NCBI RefSeq assembly: GCF_000803625.1
Contig: NZ_CP007496.1
Coordinates: 180,001 to 212,000, forward strand
DNA length: 32,000 nt
Direction of reading: 5' to 3'
Source of the DNA: Candidatus Nanosynbacter lyticus
Lineage (GTDB): Bacteria; Patescibacteriota; Saccharimonadia; Saccharimonadales; Saccharimonadaceae
Positions within the stretch are counted from its first letter, which is position 1. Each line of letters starts with the position of its first letter. Both the position numbers and the translations under genes were made by a program. The notes under the pieces were generated by a model. The model was not told the DNA's origin and ran no database searches. It worked only from the letters and a program-made list of their open reading frames with translations. This document shows, one piece after another, positions 26,624 through 32,000 of this stretch.

Positions 26624-26631
26624 AGAAATGT

Positions 26632-27348
26632 ATGGCAGGTAAAGAGTGGAGTGATGCTGATTTTGGAGGGTTGCCGAGTGTCTTGGTGGCGGCACATGAG
26701 CTAAAAACGCCGCTGTCTTTAATACGGCAATTGACGTTAATGCTCGGCGATGATTTGACGAGTGAAGTTGATAAAAAACAGATCAAGCAGCGTATCGTCC
26801 AGACGTCCGAACAGGCGCTGCAGTTAACAGTCGACTTAGCGAATTCGGCAAATTTGACGCCGTCATTATTTCCTCTGGAGCCAGTTAATCCGTTGGCAAT
26901 ATGTCAGCAAATGGCTGTGGAAACGCGATTTAATGCAGTGCTTTATGGGCGGAAAATTAGCTGGCCTCGGAGTGGGCGAAATAGTCGATTGATTTTGGCA
27001 AATCGGACGTTATTAGGGCGGATTTTGGCAAATTTTTTAAACAACGCTCTGAAATATACCGAGGACGACTCAGAGATAAAAGTGTCAGTTAAGGCTGTTG
27101 GTGGCGCGGTGAGGCTGAGCGTGCGTGATTTTGGGCCGATGATGAGCTTGAAGGAGTATCGGCGGCTGCTTGATGAGATGGATGCGCGAAAAACGGTGCG
27201 GACGCGGCCGGAAAGTAGCGGCTTGGGGATTTATGTGGCTAGCCAATTTGCCCGGGCAATGAATGGCCAAATTGGTCTAATTAGACATCGAGACGGTTTA
27301 ACATTTTATGTAGATATGCCGATTAGTCGGCAGCTGAGTTTGCTATGA
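26632..27348 (+). CDS. Soluble histidine kinase core (HisKA plus HATPase_c)
   Basis: VAAHELKTPLSLIRQL H-box, NFLNNALKYTEDD N-box, SGLGIYVASQFARAM G2-box. Confidence 0.88.
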   Translation: MAGKEWSDADFGGLPSVLVAAHELKTPLSLIRQLTLMLGDDLTSEVDKKQIKQRIVQTSEQALQLTVDLANSANLTPSLFPLEPVNPLAICQQMAVETRFNAVLYGRKISWPRSGRNSRLILANRTLLGRILANFLNNALKYTEDDSEIKVSVKAVGGAVRLSVRDFGPMMSLKEYRRLLDEMDARKTVRTRPESSGLGIYVASQFARAMNGQIGLIRHRDGLTFYVDMPISRQLSLL

Positions 27349-27713
27349 AAAAGTTGCTGATTGTCGAGGATGATAAAAATTGGGCGGATATTTTATGCAG
27401 CTATGCGGCGGCGGTTGGCGCGGAAGCGCGGGTGGTGGCTTCTGGCGGCCAGGCGATGGAAATGATTGATGATTGGCAGCCGGATGCGATTGTCCTGGAC
27501 ATGCTGCTGGCGGGCGAAACGGCGGTGGCGCTGCTGAACGAGCTGAGGTCGCATGTGGATTTGGCGAAGTTGCCAATTGCGGTTTGTAGTAACGCGGATG
27601 TGCAATTGGCAGATTTGCGGCCGTTTGGTGTGACGGCGCTGCTGGATAAGGCGTCAATTCTCCCGGACGAAGTGCGGGCGATTTTTAGAGAGGTTTTGGA
27701 TGGGGCAAAGTGA
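27345..27713 (+). CDS. Receiver-only response regulator
   Basis: KKLLIVEDDKNWADIL, AIVLDMLLAGETAV, AVCSNADV, LLDKAS; start overlaps the kinase stop. Confidence 0.85.
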   Translation: MKKLLIVEDDKNWADILCSYAAAVGAEARVVASGGQAMEMIDDWQPDAIVLDMLLAGETAVALLNELRSHVDLAKLPIAVCSNADVQLADLRPFGVTALLDKASILPDEVRAIFREVLDGAK

Positions 27714-28377
27714 GCGGTTAAAAGCGATTGTGCTGAGGCGGACGAATTACGCCGAGGCTGATCGGGTGTTGCAACTGCTGACGCCTAAAGGCCGGCGCAG
27801 TGTCATTGCCAAGGGCGTGCGGCGCGAGCGGTCGAAATTGGCGGGCGGCATTGAACTATTTGCGATTTGTGACGTGGTGATTCGTTCCGGTCGTGGTGAT
27901 TTGGGGCTATTGACTTCGGCGCGACTGGCGGCGTTTTATCGGCATATATTGGAGGATTATGAGCGGATGCAGTTCGCTTACTCAGCGATGAAGCTGGTGT
28001 CGGCCGCGAGCGAAAATATTGACGAGCCGGAATGGTATTTTGTACTAAGCCAAGTATTAGAGCAATTAAATAAACCGGCAGTTAACCAAAAGCTGATTGA
28101 AACGTGGTTTTATATGCAATACGCTAGCTTGCTGGGTGATGAGCTGAATTTGCGCACCGATGTGGCAGCTCAGATGTTGGCGCCCGATAAAAAATATATG
28201 TACGATAGCGCGGAGAAGGGCTTGCGGCTGGCGGAGCAGGGCGACTTGTCGGCGGACGCCATCAAACTGCTTCGGCTCATCCAAGCAAAGCCGCTGGTGA
28301 ATGTGGCGCAAATTGGCGGGATAACTGAGGTGATCAGTGCTTGTTGGCTGGTCGCGCGGCAGCACGCGGCGGTGTAA
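27700..28377 (+). CDS. recO: DNA repair protein RecO
   Basis: KAIVLRRTNYAEADRVLQLLTPKGRRSVIAKGVRR N-terminal OB-fold motif. Confidence 0.9.
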   Translation: MGQSERLKAIVLRRTNYAEADRVLQLLTPKGRRSVIAKGVRRERSKLAGGIELFAICDVVIRSGRGDLGLLTSARLAAFYRHILEDYERMQFAYSAMKLVSAASENIDEPEWYFVLSQVLEQLNKPAVNQKLIETWFYMQYASLLGDELNLRTDVAAQMLAPDKKYMYDSAEKGLRLAEQGDLSADAIKLLRLIQAKPLVNVAQIGGITEVISACWLVARQHAAV

Positions 28378-28391
28378 TATTGCCCATAAAA

Positions 28392-28400
28392 TGCTATACT
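28392..28400 (+). promoter_or_regulatory. Extended -10 TGCTATACT upstream of the glycyl-tRNA synthetase gene
   Basis: TGC-TATACT visible; leader of about 45 nt to ATG 28453. Confidence 0.6.
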
Positions 28401-28421
28401 GTAGGTAATAATTGTGAATCG

Positions 28422-28438
28422 CCATGTTGCCAACATGG
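28422..28438 (+). promoter_or_regulatory. Leader hairpin CCATGTT-GCC-AACATGG whose 3' arm abuts/overlaps the SD (GGAGAAAGG)
   Basis: Perfect 7-bp inverted repeat with a 3-nt loop. Confidence 0.5.
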
Positions 28439-28452
28439 AGAAAGGTTTTTTG

Positions 28453-30003
28453 ATGAGTCAAGCAAAAATGGAAGATATTACCAGCCTGTGCAAGCGCCGC
28501 GGCTTTATTTATCAGGGGTCGGATGTGTATGGTGGTCTTTCTGGTACTTGGGATTATGGTCCACTGGGCGTGCAACTGAAGCGCAATATCATGGATTTGT
28601 GGTGGCGCCGGTTTGTGGATGAGCGTGACGACATGTACGGTGTCGATGCAGCGATTTTGATGAATCAGAAAGTTTGGAAGGCGAGTGGGCATGTGGATAC
28701 CTTCACTGACCCGCTTATTGAATGTAGAGAGTGTCATGGACGATTTCGTGCTGATCATATTATTAAAAATAAGGATGATTATATAAGTAAATTGAACCCT
28801 TTTTTTAATCGTAGAGAAACTCTTATCGATTCGTACGCTGGTGTTGAGTATACCCCTGAAACTAAAAAGGAACTCTACGACAAGTTGGTGGAGGCGGATC
28901 TTGTTGCGGGTGAAGCTACCTATCCTGCGCACGACACGGTTGATCAATTAAAGAATTATTATGTCTTGCAATCACAAAAAGATGCTGTATCGTATCTTGG
29001 AGATTTTCCAGCGGCCTACCTTAACAATACTAAGACGAAGTGCCCACGGTGTGGTAATATCGCTTGGTATCCAGCACGGACATTTAACATGATGTTCAAA
29101 ACGCACGTTGGCGCGACCAAAAGCGAAGACAGTATTTCTTACCTCCGCCCAGAAACCGCCCAAGGTATCTTCACTAATTTCAAAAACGTCGTCGATAGTT
29201 TTTATCCAAATTTACCATTTGGTATCGCTCAACAGGGTAAGGCCTTTCGCAATGAAATTGCGCCGCGCGATTTCGTTTTCCGCTCTCGGGAGTTTGAGCA
29301 GATGGAGATTGAATACTTCGTCAACCCTGAGCATTGGCAGGAAGCGTTTGATGAGCTGCTGGCGGCGACGCATGCGTTTTTGGCAGAACTGGGCTTGAAA
29401 CCAGAGCACATTCACGAGCTAGACGTGCCGGCGGAGGATCGGGCGCACTATAGCAAAAAGACGATTGACATCGAGTACGATTATCCAATTGGTCGTGAGG
29501 AGTTGATGGGAATCGCGTATCGCACTAATTTTGACCTGATGAACATCCAGCGGGTCAGTGGCAAGAGTATGGAATACACCGTCAAGGGGACGAACACAAA
29601 ATTTGTGCCGCACGTCATTGAGCCGAGTTTTGGTGTGGAGAGGGCGCTGATGGCGGTACTGTCGGGCGCGTACCGTGAGGATGAGCAAAACGGTGAAAAG
29701 CGGGTGTATTTGGCGTTGCCAGAACATTTGGCGCCGGTCAGATTTGCCGTCTCACCACTGCTGAAAAATAAGCCAGAATTGGTAGAGAAAGCTCGCGAAG
29801 TTTATGCCGAGCTGTCTAAGGTGAACCCCGGCCGAGTGATGTGGGACGACAACGGCAACATCGGCAAGCGCTATCGCCGCCAAGACGAAATCGGCACGCC
29901 GCACTGCGTGGTCATCGATTTCCAGACGCTGGAGGACGGCACGGTGACGGTGCGTGAGCGAGATACGACGGAGCAGAGGCGGGTGAATGTTGAGGAGCTA
30001 TAG
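28453..30003 (+). CDS. glyQS: Glycyl-tRNA synthetase (single-chain dimeric type); likely start ATG 28453 (track start GTG 28414)
   Basis: MEDITSLCKRRGFIYQGSDVYGGLSGTWDYGPLGVQLKRN, YLRPETAQGIFTNF, FRNEIAPRDFVFRSREFEQMEIEYF. Confidence 0.95.
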   Translation: MSQAKMEDITSLCKRRGFIYQGSDVYGGLSGTWDYGPLGVQLKRNIMDLWWRRFVDERDDMYGVDAAILMNQKVWKASGHVDTFTDPLIECRECHGRFRADHIIKNKDDYISKLNPFFNRRETLIDSYAGVEYTPETKKELYDKLVEADLVAGEATYPAHDTVDQLKNYYVLQSQKDAVSYLGDFPAAYLNNTKTKCPRCGNIAWYPARTFNMMFKTHVGATKSEDSISYLRPETAQGIFTNFKNVVDSFYPNLPFGIAQQGKAFRNEIAPRDFVFRSREFEQMEIEYFVNPEHWQEAFDELLAATHAFLAELGLKPEHIHELDVPAEDRAHYSKKTIDIEYDYPIGREELMGIAYRTNFDLMNIQRVSGKSMEYTVKGTNTKFVPHVIEPSFGVERALMAVLSGAYREDEQNGEKRVYLALPEHLAPVRFAVSPLLKNKPELVEKAREVYAELSKVNPGRVMWDDNGNIGKRYRRQDEIGTPHCVVIDFQTLEDGTVTVRERDTTEQRRVNVEEL

Positions 30004-30047
30004 ATACTAGATATGAAAAAGCAAATTGGGTTTAAGGAGATAAAAGA

Positions 30048-30665
30048 TTGACAAAAAATAGACCTGAGTTTGATAAAATTACATCGTTTGACGAGTTTAA
30101 TAAATATTATTGGTATCGTGAAGAAATTTCACAGATATGCAGGTCACTAGGATTAGAATATAGCGGTACAAAACAAGAACTCAATCACATTATTGAACAG
30201 TACTTTAAGGGTAATGTAATTAAGAAATCATCAATAAAAAATGAGAAGAAACAAGTTGAAAATATTACTCTAGATACGCCATTACTTGAATGTGGTTTTT
30301 CTTTTAACGCAAAATTCAGAGAATATTTCTCCATTGTAACAGATATTTCACCTTTTAAATTTACTGCTGATATGGCAACAGCTTGGCGAAAAGTAAAAAG
30401 AGAAAAGGATGGCAAATTTACAATCAAAGATTTGCTAAAGGTGTATTATGGCGAATCAGATTATGCCAAGTATGATAATTCGGTTTGTCAATGGAATCAA
30501 TTCTTAAAGGATTTCTGTGCAGATGAAAATAGCCGCAACTATTCGAATAAATTAAAAGTAGCTTCTATCCTTTGGAAAGAAGTCAGAAATTCAAGAAATG
30601 AAAAGATTTATTCAAAGAGTCTTTTGACTGAATATGCCGGTAAAATAAAAGAGTATCACAATTAG
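30048..30665 (+). CDS. Hypothetical protein with N-terminal SAP-like region (possibly DUF6434-type), TTG start
   Basis: ISQICRSLGLEYSGTKQELNHIIEQYF resembles a SAP motif; FTIKDLLKVYYG...NSVCQWNQFLKDF; SD AAGGAG. Confidence 0.7.
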   Translation: MTKNRPEFDKITSFDEFNKYYWYREEISQICRSLGLEYSGTKQELNHIIEQYFKGNVIKKSSIKNEKKQVENITLDTPLLECGFSFNAKFREYFSIVTDISPFKFTADMATAWRKVKREKDGKFTIKDLLKVYYGESDYAKYDNSVCQWNQFLKDFCADENSRNYSNKLKVASILWKEVRNSRNEKIYSKSLLTEYAGKIKEYHN

Positions 30666-30784
30666 ATAATCCCCAACGTGTTAACACCCAATGAGTAGTT
30701 AATTATGGATATTGGAAAGACAGAATATACTGTAGGTGAAATGGTATCAGCTATCTGGCGTTCGGGTGTAGTATAATGACTCTC

Positions 30785-31267
30785 ATGACAAAAACCACCA
30801 AAGGACATATCATCACGCAGAATTTAGATGGCACCGATCATCTGGATTGTCTGTATCGCATCTCGCTCAAAGCCTTGATTTATAACGACGCTGGGCAGAT
30901 TTTGGTTGTTAAGGAAATTGATCGGACGTATTGGGATTTGCCGGGTGGTGGCATGGATTTTGGCGAGACGATTGAATCGTCGCTGAAACGCGAACTGTAC
31001 GAAGAGGTTGGCTACGAGGGCGGTTTGCGCTATCAACTGTTTGACGCGTCGGACGAGATGTATATTGAGCGGATTGATGCTAATCAAATCTGTTTTTATT
31101 GCCGTGTCTGGCCGGATAATTTTGACTTTGCGCCAGGTGAAGAGGGTGACGAAGTAATGTTTATCGACCCTGAGGAGTTGTTGATCCAGGAAAGTGAGGT
31201 TGACGCGCCAGCTCGAGCCTATGGGGTGCATATGAAATGGCAGGAGCTGTGCAGCTTAAAGAGTTAG
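30785..31267 (+). CDS. NUDIX hydrolase; start assigned to ATG 30785 (track start 30776 lies inside the -10)
   Basis: Nudix box GGGMDFGETIESSLKRELYEEVGY. Confidence 0.92.
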   Translation: MTKTTKGHIITQNLDGTDHLDCLYRISLKALIYNDAGQILVVKEIDRTYWDLPGGGMDFGETIESSLKRELYEEVGYEGGLRYQLFDASDEMYIERIDANQICFYCRVWPDNFDFAPGEEGDEVMFIDPEELLIQESEVDAPARAYGVHMKWQELCSLKS

Positions 31268-31282
31268 CCAGTAGAGTAGCAT

Positions 31283-31310
31283 TGACTTTTATACTATAAT
31301 AGTATAGAAT
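31283..31310 (+). promoter_or_regulatory. Promoter TTGACT-N16-TAGAAT with a palindrome TATACTA-TAA-TAGTATA in the spacer
   Basis: Directly visible; palindrome at 31290-31306; ATG 31318 is 7 nt after the -10. Confidence 0.7.
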
Positions 31311-31317
31311 ATAAATC

Positions 31318-31905
31318 ATGGAAAGTCTTAAAGGCGGTGTATCTTTTAAGGTTAATTTTATTAATTCTGGCGATAATCCGGGAAATTCTTCTGGCGAAAG
31401 TCAGCGCCTGATAGGAATTTATAATGGCGATTGGTCTTTGGGGAGGAGCGGTGCTGTAAATGCGTCTATGGCGTTTGCCAGGAGGGAGGGTGATATACGT
31501 AGTCACGGCAATTTGATAGAGAGACTTTACGGATTGGGTGAGCGTTCGGCTCGAGTGTCATTGTCGAAGTGCTTAGACGCTGTCGATCTAGTGGAGGCTG
31601 ATGGACGATTGATTGCTGACCCTGTGTCGTACGGAGGACTTAGTGCTTTATATAGAAAGATAGGAGTAAGGCTTATTGCTCCGGATTCAATGGGTGAACA
31701 GGAAAGGGTAAGTGCTATTCGAATTGCTTTATCTGTTGGCGTCGTGGCTTTACGTTGCGCAGGTCTACCTCTGGAAGAATTAAAAGAATCTCCAGCCAAG
31801 CATTTTTGTCCAGATGAAGTAGACAAGTTGGTTTCTTGTTTTCATGGCAATGTAGATTTTGGCAGAGAATGGGGAGATATTAAGAGGGTAGTTACAGGAC
31901 CGTAG
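31318..31905 (+). CDS. Hypothetical protein (195 aa)
   Basis: Open frame with strong promoter; no family recognised. Confidence 0.65.
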   Translation: MESLKGGVSFKVNFINSGDNPGNSSGESQRLIGIYNGDWSLGRSGAVNASMAFARREGDIRSHGNLIERLYGLGERSARVSLSKCLDAVDLVEADGRLIADPVSYGGLSALYRKIGVRLIAPDSMGEQERVSAIRIALSVGVVALRCAGLPLEELKESPAKHFCPDEVDKLVSCFHGNVDFGREWGDIKRVVTGP

Positions 31906-31926
31906 CATATCTCTAAGGTTTAATAT

Positions 31927-32000
31927 ATGAAAAAATCTAAGAATTACGGTGCCAGAGTTGAAATTGATAGTCTTATTAATGGTGAGGTTGATAATAATTC
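31927..32000 (+). CDS. Start of a further ORF running off the window (MKKSKNYGARVEIDSLINGEVDNN...)
   Basis: ATG with an open frame to the window end. Confidence 0.4.
   Translation, partial: MKKSKNYGARVEIDSLINGEVDNN

Noticed and set aside
27343-27657. 104-aa minus-strand Pro/Ala-rich ORF over the receiver gene
   Set aside because: Antisense to a clear response regulator; GC-rich shadow ORF.
28400-28453. T-box riboswitch before glyQS
   Set aside because: Leader is only about 45 nt and lacks a T-box sequence, specifier loop and terminator.
28066-28947. 293-aa minus-strand ORF over the recO end and glyQS start
   Set aside because: Antisense to two confidently identified genes; composition is that of a shadow ORF and it has no promoter or SD support.
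30666-30784. Possible tRNA in the intergenic region (gttcgggtg-like stretch)
   Set aside because: I could not form an acceptor stem, D-arm and anticodon arm around it; the stretch is better explained by the small ORF and the NUDIX promoter.
1-32000. CRISPR array, transposon or prophage
   Set aside because: No direct repeats with regular spacers, transposase or integrase motifs, or phage structural genes were seen; gene content is mostly housekeeping.
1-32000. Alternative genetic code (UGA recoded as Gly or Trp)
   Set aside because: Several conserved genes end at UGA in the expected place (for example the TRM11-like gene), RF2 is present, and no in-frame UGA is needed to extend conserved proteins.

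Overview
The window reads as a gene-dense chromosomal segment, most likely from a Candidatus Saccharibacteria (TM7/CPR)-like bacterium; that assignment is inferred from gene content and protein style only. UGA behaves as a stop codon and an RF2 gene is present. Recognisable genes: a DUF2207-like protein C-terminus, a CNNM/CorC-type DUF21+CBS protein, a permease/ATPase/PadR/PspC envelope-stress-like cassette, uppP, serS, a ribosome hibernation factor, secA, an M16 peptidase, murD, hpt, prfB, ftsE/ftsX followed by a CHAP-type peptidoglycan hydrolase and an S41 protease, two receiver-only response regulators, a TRM11-like RNA methyltransferase with rpmA, a flippase-like LPG_synthase_TM protein, xseA/xseB, a soluble histidine kinase/receiver pair, recO, glycyl-tRNA synthetase, a NUDIX hydrolase and several hypothetical proteins. 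I found no CRISPR array, transposase, rRNA or recognisable tRNA. The strongest non-gene signal is a repeated architecture in which a -10 element, often extended (TGNTATAMT), lies 6-8 nt upstream of the first ATG with no Shine-Dalgarno sequence. This suggests widespread leaderless transcription of operon-first genes and changes several predicted start codons. Other points of interest are an uncharacterised four-gene operon behind a strong promoter and a G8 tract (19805-21949), a 17-bp-phased GTAC operator candidate before the PadR/ABC operon, a symmetric divergent promoter, a palindrome in the promoter of an orphan gene, and a hairpin overlapping the glyQS Shine-Dalgarno.
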